A stretch of DNA of 64,000 bases from Octopus bimaculoides (taxonomy: Eukaryota), in assembly GCF_001194135.2 (NCBI RefSeq), contig NC_069005.1:20987139-21051138 (forward strand). Direction: 5' to 3'. Position numbers and translations under genes: made by a program. The notes below the pieces were generated by a model. It was not told where the DNA came from. It did not search any database and saw only the letters and a list, made by a program, of their open reading frames with translations. This document shows positions 1-10,573 of the stretch, piece after piece. How positions within the stretch are numbered: position 1 is the first letter of the stretch; each line of letters starts with the position of its first letter.

Positions 1-300
1 CCAACTATGGCCATCTCATCATCATCATCATCGTTGTTGTTTAATGTCCAGTCTCCATGTTAGCATGGGCTGGATGGTTTGACATGGAGCTGGCTAGCGA
101 GGAGCTATCCAGACTCCAACTGTCTGTTGTGACATGGTTTCTATGGCTGGATGCCCTTTCTAATGCCAACCACTTAACAGAGTGTGCTGGGTGTCTTTCA
201 TATGTTACCATCATAAGTACGTTTATGCAACACTAGCACAGGTGTGTTAACGCAGCACTGGCGCGGGTAGCACCTGTAAAGACAAGCCTGTATGTGTGGA
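1..300 (-). mobile_element. RTE 3'UTR/(GAT)n-tail fragment (also near 1570+, 10640-, 12790+, 16910-, 21610-, 24790-, 32000-, 32250-, 37170+, 38170-, 53940+, 56210+, 60340-)
   Basis: Shares ggaagggcatccagc...aacccatgc(t/c)agcatgga...gatgatgat with the coding-linked copy at 8188-8990. Confidence 0.8.
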
Positions 301-1206
301 AGACAGCGATTTTACTTAACTTGACCTGTCTTACACTATTTTTCAGATACAGTACAACTAAGGCCATATTATCACTTTACTTACTTAAGCTCTTCACGTA
401 TGAAGCAGAGGCCATCAATAACTTTTTCCCAAATGATGATGATGATGCTGTTCTCAACACTGGGCTGTCTCTCTCTGCTTCTCTTCAATTGGATCCCCAC
501 TTTTTCAGTTCTGCTTCAGTACCCTTCTTCCAGATATATTTAGGGCATCCTCTCTTCTGTCTCCCCTGTGGGTTCACTGTGTCATATGTTTCCCTGAGGG
601 AAGGCCTTCCCTCTCCTAGATCTTGTTGGTTTTGTATTGTAATCAATGTTTCTTTGGAGCACCACCTTAAAGAATTTTAGTCGAAGAAATTGACCCCAAG
701 ACTTATTCTTTGTAAGCCTAGTACTTATTCTATCAGTCTCTTTTGCTGGACCACTAGATTAAGGGGACATATACACACCAACATCAGTTGTCAGGAGATT
801 GCGGGGGGAAAGAACATTTCTAAATGATTAAAATATTGTGTATGTCAAAAAGTCAACGTTTTTTACTTAGAGACTATGAAGACTATGTGTTTGTATATGT
901 CACAGATAGCGGACATGTGTTTGTGTTGATTGACACGCCATGACATTCATTATATGTGTGTGTATTCTGCATGTGTGTATGTGTGTTGATGTCATGGAAG
1001 CCATGTATTTTTCCATCAATAAATAACGAACAAAAATTCCGTTTAATTGTTTTCCTTAATAAATAGAGGTCCAAATATCACAAAAATTTGTACTGCACTG
1101 CTGAAGGTATGTATGAAAATAAATATGCACAAAAAATTGAGAAAAAATATACTATTTCTGAGATATTTCAGGTACACACAGTTTTTAATATTATTAAGAT
1201 ATATAT

Positions 1207-1550
1207 AAGGCGGCGAACTGGCAGAAACATTAGCGCGCTGGTGAAGAAGGTTAGTGGTATTTTGTCTGTCGTTACGTTCTGAGTTCAAATTCTGCTGTGG
1301 TCGAATTTGCCTTTCATCCTTTCGGGGTTGATAAATTAAGTACCAGTTATGCACTGGGGTCGATGTAATCAACTTAATCCCTTTGTCTGTCCTTATGTGT
1401 CCTCTCTATGTTTAGCCCCTTGTGGGCAATAAAGAAATAAGTATTTTGTCTGTCTTTATATTCTTAGTTCAATTCCGCTGAGGTCGACTTTGTTATTCAT
1501 CCTTTTGGGGTCGATAAATTAAGTACCGGCTTCATACTAGGGTTGATCTA
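1207..1550 (+). mobile_element. SINE family B, full copy plus partial tandem copy (others near 13600-, 17570-, 27905-, 41014+)
   Basis: Head ggcggcgaactggcagaa, B-box gagttcaaattc, conserved central domain. Confidence 0.8.
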
Positions 1551-2187
1551 ATGCATATACATACATATATATATATATAAATAATACCATTCGAGTGTGA
1601 TCGTTACCAGTGTCGCCTTACTGGCACTTGTGCTGGTGGTACGTGGAAAACACCATTTGAGCGTGGCCATTGCCAGTACTGCCTGACTGGCCCTTGTGCC
1701 AATGACATGCAAAAGCACCCACTACATTCTTGGAGTGGTTGGTGTTAGGAAGGGCATCCAGCTGTAGAAACTCTGCCAGATCAGATTGGAGCCTGGTGCA
1801 GCCATCTGACTCACTAGTCCCCAGTCAAACCATCCAACCCATGCCAACATGGAAAGCAGATGTTGATGATGATTATGATACATATATATATGTATGTATA
1901 TATATATATATATTCATTCAATAATAGGATAAAATCTTTTACAAGAATTTTATCAAGAAGCATGCGTGAAAAAACTCATAAGGGAAATATATATATATGT
2001 ACATGAATATATGTATATATATACATACGTATATGCATGTGCATGTGTGTGTGTGTGTGTTAATACTGAACAATGGGAATGATTGCTCAACACCATATTG
2101 GTGGATAAATATTCTTTATATGTGGGTTAATCAGGCTACCATGTTGAGAGAGACATCGTTCAACAATTATTGAACAAAGTCCCATGA

Positions 2188-2343
2188 GAAGAAGAAGAAG
2201 AAGAAGAAGAAGAAGAAGAAGAAGAAGAAGAAGAAGAAGAAGAAGAAGAAGAAGAAGAAGAAGAAGAAGAAGAAGAAGAAGAAGAAGAAGAAGGAGAAGA
2301 AGAAGAAGATGAAGAAGAAGCAGAAGAAGAAGAAGAAGAAGAA
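2188..2343 (+). repeat. (GAA)n, about 52 units, lightly interrupted, followed by (CAA)n
   Basis: Read directly from the sequence. Confidence 0.97.
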
Positions 2344-2373
2344 CAACAACAACAACAACAAGAAGAATGTTAC

Positions 2374-2458
2374 CTGCTAGAAGGAGATGTTTCCATGTCT
2401 GAATCGACCTCTTCACACTCTTCAGACGTCTTCAAATCTTTGGATTCTAAATCTTTTA
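2374..2458 (-). CDS. XRCC4: XRCC4 coding exon 6 (VKDLESKDLKTSEECEEVDSDMETSPSS), acidic tail
   Basis: Acceptor ctttttccttttcag, donor CAG|gtaac; 85 nt, open in the phase set by the previous exon. The gene continues beyond this exon. Confidence 0.75.
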
Positions 2459-2717
2459 CTGAAAAGGAAAAAGATCTTGAGTTTTAGGATTTCTTTTTGA
2501 ACATTATACAGGTAGTAGGCATGCACACCCACACCACCACAACCACCAGTACCATCACAATCTGTGCTATTCCATATCACTGGAATAAAAACCCAATACT
2601 ACTACTACTACCACCACTTGGTACAAAGGATGTAAACCCAGGTATTTCATTCCAAACATCAAAAGACATATCTTATTTAAGGCAATGGATTAGAAACAGA
2701 AAAAGTCAAATATTACA

Positions 2718-3110
2718 AATAGGCACAGACGTGGCTATGTAGTAAGAAGCTTGCTTCCCAGCATGGTTCTAGGTTCAGTCCTACTGTATAGCACCTTGGG
2801 CAAATATCTTCTACTAGAGCTCTGGGCCAACCAAAGCCTTGTGAGTGGATTTGGTAAACTAGAAGCTAGTTGTATTTGTGTGGGTGTGTGTGTGTGTGTA
2901 TGTGTTTGTGTCTGTGCTTGTCCCCTGCCTATTGCTTGACAACAGGTGTTGGTATGTTTAGGTTTCCATAACCTAGTGGTTCGGCAAAAGAGAACGATAA
3001 AATAAGTACTAAGCTTACAAAGAATAAGTCCTGGGGTCGATTTATTTGACTAAAACCCTTCAAGGCAGTGCTCCAATGTCAAATGACTGAAACTAGTAAA
3101 AGAGTAAAAG
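2718..3110 (+). mobile_element. tRNA-derived CORE-like SINE (family A)
   Basis: A/B-box-like head (tggctatgtagtaag, ggttcagtcc), CORE-like accttgggcaa, internal (GT)n, tail gtaaaagagtaaaaga. Confidence 0.8.
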
Positions 3111-3354
3111 ATGCCTTCTACGTCAACTACAAAACTGAAACAAAGTACATTTTATATAGGTTTATGATAGTAATGGAAGGAGCGGCAGTGTTCTTGACCT
3201 TCCTAGACCATTCTCCTCCTTCCAGGCTGAGGAGAAACTGGAAGTGTCTTGTCTTAATATTGGTAAGAAAACTGAGCAATGGCCTTTGAGCAGGCAGTGG
3301 TGGCGTTAAACATGATAATGTACAATAGGTGCTAAGTCAAATATGTATTCTCAC

Positions 3355-3409
3355 CTTTTTCACGAAGTGTCGAAATTTCAGTCTTTTTGGAATTTAGAAC
3401 AAGCAAGAA
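3355..3409 (-). CDS. XRCC4: XRCC4 coding exon 5 (FLLVLNSKKTEISTLREK), Ligase IV-binding region
   Basis: Acceptor tattttgcag, donor AAG|gtgaga; 55 nt. Matches the conserved human FILVLNEKKTKIRSL motif. Confidence 0.92.
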
Positions 3410-3501
3410 CTGCAAAATATACATTAGTTTATATAAATATAGAGAATATAAATGCATATACACACACACTAACCATATAAACATTCCATATATGTCTGTC
3501 C

Positions 3502-3545
<44 letters not shown>

Positions 3546-4081
3546 TGGCCAATAAATTTCTTAACGTCTGCCTCACGTGGTCTTGATGTCGCATGGTCAA
3601 AATTAATGTGAGTTATTTAGACATTAGCAAATTTATTAGAATATTTAGCTGAAGATCAGAATGGAGTATTCTTTGCTCTTAACTGTGAAACGATCGTACT
3701 AAATTAACTAAAGGCAAGTGGTTTTTTTACTCTTCTCTACTGTTTTTTGTTCTGTGTGTATCAAAAATATCGCTATCAATTTAGAGTAAAATTTGTAGTT
3801 TTGGAATCAGTAGTTCTTTGGCTGCTATTTCTGAATTCTCAGTATGTTGGAGAAGCAGGTTACTGTCAATCCCTATATATTTATGATTATTTATTTATTT
3901 ATTTATATATAATTCTATATACATATATAGATTACAGATAAAATTATGTCTAATGACGTAATGTAATACATATGTATACAATAAGTGCTTTGACTTGAAC
4001 TGTGACTAAAACAAAAGTGGTGTTGTAGCTGCCTAGCAATGGATGGCTATAAGTGGTTCATCCTTGAGTGGTAGTTATATA

Positions 4082-5362
4082 CAGGTTGTTCAAAAAGTCT
4101 CTCTGCAGTGATTCTTTTTCATCCTGTGCATGCACAGCTGGACTATTACTGCATGAGTGGCCGAGCATCAGCCATTGTACCTCAGTCATTGTGTACCCTT
4201 CAGCATGTCAACATGCGAACCGTTTAAGAATATATGTTTTTAGTTGAATGATTGTTTCGAGCTGGAAACAAATACATAGAAGTTCAGTGAAACTTTTCCA
4301 AATACTGTTGTTCCATATCGTGACACTTTATGGGATTTGATAAGAAAATTTAGAAACACAGGCTCAGTGAAGACACAGCAAGAAGCGGTAGGCTTAGTGT
4401 TCTTTCAGATGAAACACTCTCCAATATTTCTGATAAACTGTTGGAAAGCCCATCAAAGTCCTTACACAAATTGTTACAGGAAACGGAAATTAGCCTAGGA
4501 AGTGCTTACATGGCAGTAAAAAAGAAATTAAATTTCTTTCCATACAAAGTGCTGGCCATTCAAGAATTGAAGACTATGGATAATGCTAAAAGGCTTCATT
4601 ATTGTTATTGGTTCCAAAACTTTGTTGCCGAAAAAGGCATAGAAGTGCTGGATGGGTGTTTTTACACTGATGAGACTTGGCTTCATCTGTCGGGACACAT
4701 AAATTCGCAAAACACAAGGTAATGGAGCACTGAGAATCCACATGCGATGCATGAGCGACTCCTGCATCCCGCAAAAGTTGGAATATGGATAGCAATTTCG
4801 AGAAAGCATATTGTGGGACCGATATTGTTTGAAGACACCATCAACACTGAGAAATATTGCTCAAATATTGTCTATCCATTTGTAGGCCAACTCAGTGAAA
4901 GTGAAATTAATAATGCATACTTTCAGCAAGATGGAGCTATAGCACATACTTTGTGCATCACTATGGCACTACCTCAAGAGATTTTCAGTGAACGGATAAT
5001 TTTGAAGGGATTTTGGCCACCAAGATCGCCTGACTTAACACCACCAGACTTTTCTTTCTGGGGAGCAAGTAAAGGATCAGTGTACAAGAATCACCCGAAA
5101 ACCATTAGTGAGCTAAAAGACACAATCATAACCTTCACACGGTCCACGCCACATCAGACTCTCCAAGATGTATTTCAAAATATTTTGTAAAAGAGTCAAC
5201 TTATGTATTGAAAAATGAAGGATGACACTTTCAACACTTCTTATAAAGTTTTTTAAAGTCTTGTAAAGTCTAATATATATTCTTTTGTAGTCTTTACACC
5301 ATCTTAAAAATATTTATTTTGCAATAAAATACTTATTGCGGAGAGACTTTTTGAACACTTTG
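4082..5362 (+). mobile_element. Full-length degenerate Tc1/mariner element, rosa-like transposase
   Basis: TA-flanked 28-bp TIRs (caggttgttcaaaaagtctctctgcagt, 23/28 match). Transposase motifs YTDETW, FQQDGA, WPPRSPDLTPPDF; in-frame TAA at 4720 and frameshifts near the 5' end. Confidence 0.92.
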
Positions 5363-5381
5363 TATTTGAAAAGAACAAACA

Positions 5382-5884
5382 CTGAACAGGCAAAACATGT
5401 GGTATCAAATTAGAGCATTGAATTTATAATTCAAACATAATTGCAGAGTTGTTAGAGTGATTAAGAAGCTATACACAACTTCTTAATCCCTTATTGACTC
5501 TAACAACTCTGCAATTATGTTTGAATTATAAGTTCCATGCTCTGAAGCAGTGGTTCTCAACTGGAGTTTATATGGCCCCTGAGGGTTCATATAAGATTTT
5601 TGAGGGTCCACAGAACAAAATAGTAAACTGGGGATTCACAATAGTATTTTAAGGGCCGTTGGAAAAATTTTCTTTCTCTAACATTTTACGTAGTTCAACC
5701 TACACAAGTTGATGTGTGAAAAATAAAAGAGGAATCTTGAAAGAAGTTTCTATAAAACTAGTTTTTAAACATCGAATAGTTGTGGGGGTCCACCAGAATA
5801 AAATGGCAATGAAAGGGGTCCGTAGATAAAAAATGGTGGCGAAACCCCTGCTCTAAAGTGATTCCACATGTTTTGCCTGTTCAG
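5382..5884. mobile_element. Foldback (long palindromic) element with a nested hAT MITE; possibly Penelope-derived
   Basis: 5382-5468 is the reverse complement of 5479-5543 plus 5851-5884 once the insertion is removed; 10-nt central loop. Confidence 0.75.
5548..5850. mobile_element. hAT (Charlie/Buster-like) MITE
   Basis: Ends cagtggttctcaac / gaaacccctg; 8-bp TSD ctctgaag / ctctaaag, close to the NTCTAGAN target preference. Confidence 0.82.
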
Positions 5885-6010
5885 NNNNNNNNNNCTTTTA
5901 GTTCTCTTTCCCTTTTTTTTTTCCTCTCAATCCTTTCTGTTGAAAAGTGTAGACTCAAAACGTCATAACGTATAATACTGTACCTTTTAGACAAAATATA
6001 TATATATATA

Positions 6011-6411
6011 TATATTTGAAAAAGGAAAAGAATGACTTCTCTGGTAGTTCTAATCAATTTAATTTTCTAATAATATAATTTTACAGTTTGGTTTTTAGAT
6101 CTAGTACGTTCTTTGTTAACTTCAGTGGAGAGATTTTTTAAAGATTCCTTCTTAACTTTTCTGGAAAACTTTCTCCTGAATTCGTCAGTGGTGATTGTCA
6201 AACTAATCTCAGGTTAAGATCAGATTGACAATTACCACCAACGAATGCGAGAGAAAGTTCTCCAGAAAAGTTAAGAAGGAGTCTTTAAAAAATGTCCCCA
6301 CTGAAGTTAACAAAGAACTTACTACATCTAAAAACCAAACTGTAAAATTATATTATTAGAAAATTAAATTAGAACTACCAGTGAAGTCATTGTTTTCCTT
6401 TTTCAAATATA
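6011..6411. mobile_element. About 400-bp foldback element (arms about 190 bp)
   Basis: tatatttgaaaaaggaaaagaatgacttc... is mirrored by ...gaagtcattgttttcctttttcaaatata; short central loop near 6200-6225. Confidence 0.85.
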
Positions 6412-6449
6412 CCTAACTGTACCAAGGATTTCACACATTTTCCAGTATG

Positions 6450-6493
<44 letters not shown>

Positions 6494-6507
6494 CATACAT
6501 ATACATA

Positions 6508-6674
6508 CAGGGTGCAGCAGAAGTGACGCCCTTTTTGCATTTAATAACTTTTATGGTATATTTTTTTCTAAGTAATTTTTAATTGAACACAATTTATTGC
6601 ACTACTTAAGGAAATGAATAATAATAATAAACTAATGAAAAAATCAAAGAAGGTTTAGGAAATAAAAAAGAAAC
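6508..6674 (+). mobile_element. Probable left end of another Tc1/mariner element, running into a gap
   Basis: TA-cagggtgcagcagaagtgacg start resembles Tc1 TIRs; the partner end is not visible. Confidence 0.35.
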
Positions 6675-6962
6675 NNNNNNNNNNNNNNNNNNNNNNNNNN
6701 NNNNNNNNNNNNNNNNNNNNNNNNNNNNNNNNNNNNNNNNNNNNNNNNNNNNNNNNNNNNNNNNNNNNNNNNNNNNNNNNNNNNNNNNNNNNNNNNNNNN
6801 NNNNNNNNNNNNNNNNNNNNNNNNNNNNNNNNNNNNNNNNNNNNNNNNNNNNNNNNNNNNNNNNNNNNNNNNNNNNNNNNNNNNNNNNNNNNNNNNNNNN
6901 NNNNNNNNNNNNNNNNNNNNNNNNNNNNNNNNNNNNNNNNNNNNNNNNNNNNNNNNNNNNNN

Positions 6963-7715
6963 TATAGTACTGGATTTTTGCAGCATTTTGAATTTTTTTA
7001 AAACATATTCTTGCAATTGTCTGATAATACAGACATAGACTTGCCCAAATAAATTAACATTGATATTTTTTTCACCGTTGTTACAATCATCAGAAATGGA
7101 ACTGTCAAAGCGTGATATTCTGCTATTCAACTTCAAAAAAGGATGTAAAACAGCTGAAACTGCTCGCGATATCAACGAAATGTGACTGTTTGGTGGTGCA
7201 CTGCTGGACTCATCCACTATAACTTCTTAAAACCTGGAAAAACCATTACTGCAGAAACACATTCCCACGAAATTGCCAAATTGAACGGAAAGCTGCTACT
7301 CTTCCATCCCAGACTGGTGAGGAGAAGAGGGCCAATCATTCTTCATGACAATGCTCAACCACACGTTTCATAATGATGCTCCAGAAGTTGAGGGAACTTG
7401 GCTAAGAAGTCCTTCCCCACCCAGCTTACTCCCCAGACCTTTCCCCTAGCAACAACCACTTTTCAAGCACCTTGATGGTTTCCTGCGAGAGAAGGAGTTC
7501 AAAAATCAAAGCGATGCTGAAAGTGCATTCAAAGAGTTCATCATCTCCAGAACTCCTGATTTTTATGATACCGGAAAAAACAAACTTGTAATTTGTTGGC
7601 AAAAATGTGTTGATTGTAATGGTACTTACTTTGATGAATAATATTTCTGCATTGTTGAAATATATTGTGATGAATTTCATATTTCAAAACATTGCTTACT
7701 TTTTATTCAGCCTGA
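6963..7715 (+). mobile_element. Internally deleted mariner (DD34D, Hsmar1/cecropia-like)
   Basis: MELSKRD...ARDINE is fused to TVWWCTAGLIHYNFL...LHDNAQPH...HPAYSPDLSPS...WQKCVDCNGTYFDE-stop. The right TIR (rc TCAGGCTGAATAAAAAGTAAGCAATG) is followed by TA. Confidence 0.88.
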
Positions 7716-7953
7716 TATATATATATATATAAGACTCCCAAGCATATAATATATTCATGTCAGCTTTGTCAGGTCATTTCATAACATAAAGCCTTAGACA
7801 CAAAATAAAGAGCAAATCAATGAGAATACCTTGCCACCATTTCCTACATAACCTATGGCCATGGGGGCCACAAAAAAATTCTTTAATCTCCTAATTAATA
7901 CATAAACAAATAAATGAAATTTTTCGAAAGAAAGCTTTTGATGAATCCATTAC

Positions 7954-8010
7954 CTTGGAATACAGCTCCTGTTCCATTGTCTCTTTGGTACCAACAAGTT
8001 TATCTAAACG
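7954..8010 (-). CDS. XRCC4: XRCC4 coding exon 4 (RLDKLVGTKETMEQELYSK)
   Basis: Acceptor ttttgttttccag, donor AAG|gtaatg; 57 nt, phase 0/0. Matches human RFEKCVSAKEALETDLYKR. Confidence 0.9.
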
Positions 8011-8187
8011 CTGGAAAACAAAATACATCAATACATCAATATAGGCACATTGTGGGTGTGTGATAAAAAGCTTGCTTCCCAACCACATGGTTCCAGATTC
8101 AATCCTATTGTGTGGCACCTTGGGCAAGCATCTTCTACTACAGCCTTCGGGCTGACCAAAGCCTTGTGAGTGGATCTCATAGATAGA

Positions 8188-8990
8188 AATGGGCATAAGA
8201 AGCATCAAATGTGGTGTGCAAGACAGACAACTGGGCTGGAATGGTCATGTACTGTGGATGGACGAGGAGAGCTGTGTGAAGAAGTGCCATTCCCAAACAG
8301 TGGAAGGAATCCAGGGCAGAGGGAGACCCAGGAAGACATGGGATGAGGTGGTGAAGCATGACCTTCGAACGTTGGGTCTCACAGAGGCAATGACAAAAGA
8401 CCGAGACCTCTAGAGATGTGCTGTGACTGAGAAGACCCGGCAAATAAAGTGAGCCCACAGCTGTAACCTACACCAGTGTCACATGACCAGCCCACTCAAA
8501 GTACTTTGGATCATAGGGCAACATGCCATGCTTGAGGAGACCTGTTGAGTCAAGTACATCAACATCAGCAATATCAAAATCAAATCAAATGGAAATTGTA
8601 GTTGTGAGCCCCATGCTGGTAGCATGTAAAAAGCACCATCCGAACATNNNNNNNNNNTAGTTGTGAGCCCCATGCTGGTAGCATGTAAAAAGCACCATCC
8701 GAACATGGCCAATGCCAGTGCCGCTTTGACTGGCTTCCGTGCCAGTGGCACATAAAAAGCACCATCTGATTGTGGTCGATGCAAGCTCCTCTGGCCCCTG
8801 TGCCGATGGCATGTAAAAAGCACCCACTATGCTCTCCGAGTGGTTGGCGTTAGGAAGGGCATCCAGCTGTAGAAACATTGCTAAGATCAGATTGGGGCTT
8901 GGTGCAGCCTCCTGGCTTCCCAGACCCCAGACGAACCGTCCAACCCATGCCAGCATGGAAAATGGACATTAAACGATGATGATGATGATG
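8188..8990 (+). mobile_element. 5'-truncated RTE-clade LINE 3' end with 3'UTR and (GAT)n tail
   Basis: GHVLWMDEESCVKKC...GRGRPRKTWDEVVKHDLRTLG, then a tandemly repetitive 3'UTR ending aacccatgccagcatggaaaatggacattaaacgatgatgat. Confidence 0.88.
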
Positions 8991-9459
8991 ATACACACAC
9001 ACACATAAGGTGTTCTGACTAAATTTGATGATTTTTTTATGTTTCTTTTTTCAAGAAGATCTTGGTGTATTCATGAATATGTGATGGCATAGGAGAGCAT
9101 AAAGATTAAAGTTGTGCTGAAGAAACACTTAGCTGACATGGATGATTGGAAGCCATCTCAATATCAGAACAGAGTTACATGTATCATGATGGTTTGTGTA
9201 ATGTCATTAGAAGGCTCAAAAGAGCAATGCCTTCAGAAGAACCAAGGGTGCTGGATGGAAGAAAGAAGCAGTAATATGATGTATGGTGCAACGTCACCTG
9301 GGGTGAAGCCTGGTAGGGAGTAATTGGCAAGGGTAAGGGTTGTGTTGATGGGATAAGGCAAAGAACAGGAGTGGGGAGGGGCAATAGAAAAGAATCTATA
9401 TCTGGTGCATGTTAGTGCATATTACTTCAGGGCATCTTCCACGTACAAAGCCTCCAGAT

Positions 9460-9753
9460 CAGTGTTTCTCAGCTGGGGTCTTTATAAGATTTTTGGGGTC
9501 CACACAACAAAATACTACATTTGGGATTTACAATAGTACTTTAAGGGTCCCTGAAAAAATTGTGCTTTAGGTGTATATGTTGGTACGTATTGCAAGAAAC
9601 AGCTAGGTTTCTTTCCCTAACACTTTGCATAGTTCAACCTATACAAGGGAATGTGCGAAAAACAAAATAGGAATTTTGAAAGAAGTTTCTATAAAACTAG
9701 TTTTTAAACATTGGAAAGGGGTCCACAGATTAACAATGGTTGAGAAACCCCTG
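9460..9753. mobile_element. Second copy of the hAT MITE family seen at 5548
   Basis: Internal similarity to 5548-5850; ends cagtgtttctcag / gagaaacccctg; flanks ctccagat / ctctatag. Confidence 0.75.
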
Positions 9754-10084
9754 CTCTATAGGGTAACTTGGCCTGCTAAAAATAACAAGTCCATCAAATT
9801 ATAACCCTTGTCTTTAAAGAAAAGAAGAACACTATATAGTGTGGTCCTAGATATTCTATGTCTAAATAAAAGACAGGATGGTCACCACTTGAACATATTT
9901 GATCATGGTTTTTACACTGCTGACCTGGGGGTTAAACCACAGCAACCCCTTAGACAAATAATATCTGTAGAGCTAGTTAGTTAAGGTTACAAAGGTTACT
10001 ACAGTCCAAAATTGGAGCACTCAGTGCGATCGTAAATGTGCAAAGTATATGATAAAATGAGGTAGTATCTATGCCTGTTAAAAA

Positions 10085-10335
10085 TAGCAGCCAAATTGCT
10101 CTTGAAATTACAGCCTAGTGTCCTAAAAATAGAAGGATACATTGAATGATGGAATGATACACGATGGAATGATACATGATAGAATGGTCATAGTTGTTAG
10201 AAATAGAAGCCAAATTGCTCTTGAAATTATAGTTTAATGTCCTAAAAGTGGAAGGATATGTTGAATAATGAAATTATCAATAAATATGATGGAATGGTCA
10301 AAGCTGGAACGTCTTTGGTTATAAGTCTGCTCAAT
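10085..10335 (+). repeat. Unclassified interspersed repeat, here as an about 120-nt tandem duplication
   Basis: agcagccaaattgctcttgaaatta occurs twice; related tagcagccaaatctccctc segments occur near 9770, 17850, 18370, 27240, 30420, 33540 and 55450. Confidence 0.6.
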
Positions 10336-10408
10336 ACGAGCTGAATTTGTGGCTTATCGACACCAACAATGACAACAACACATGTGAGATGTCAAAATGA
10401 GATATTAC

Positions 10409-10573
10409 CTTGAGTGTATCAGCTTTCTCTTGTAATAACATATCTTTATCTTTCTTCACTGACGTTACTTCCTGGTTTATATTCGATATCATATTTACAC
10501 AATGGTCAAAAATTCTCTGCGTCATACACCTGATGTCATCGATTTTAGAAAGTGTTGCTGAACCAAGAATAAA
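10409..10573 (-). CDS. XRCC4: XRCC4 coding exon 3 (FILGSATLSKIDDIRCMTQRIFDHC...EKADTLK)
   Basis: Long polypyrimidine acceptor ...ctacttcag, donor AAG|gtaat; 165 nt. Aligns by eye with human [29 protein letters not shown] and the coiled-coil stalk. Confidence 0.92.

Noticed and set aside
294-680. 128-aa plus-strand ORF
   Set aside because: A patchwork of RTE tail, an antisense RTE coding end and SINE tail; no coherent protein.
1043-1100. Possible terminal XRCC4 exon (SAVQIFVIFGPLFIKENN-stop) after acceptor ccttcag
   Set aside because: In frame, but hydrophobic and unlike XRCC4 tails, with no clear polyA signal; the true 3' exons probably lie outside the window.
2087-2416. Poly-Leu, poly-Phe, poly-ER and YVCM-type ORFs (also 19988-20236, 22086-22554, 50843-51195, 62620-63073)
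   Set aside because: These are translations of simple repeats.
8599-8706. Exact direct duplication flanking a 10-N gap (also 40335-40392)
   Set aside because: Typical unmerged contig overlap (negative gap); treated as an assembly artefact, unlike the within-contig templated insertions.
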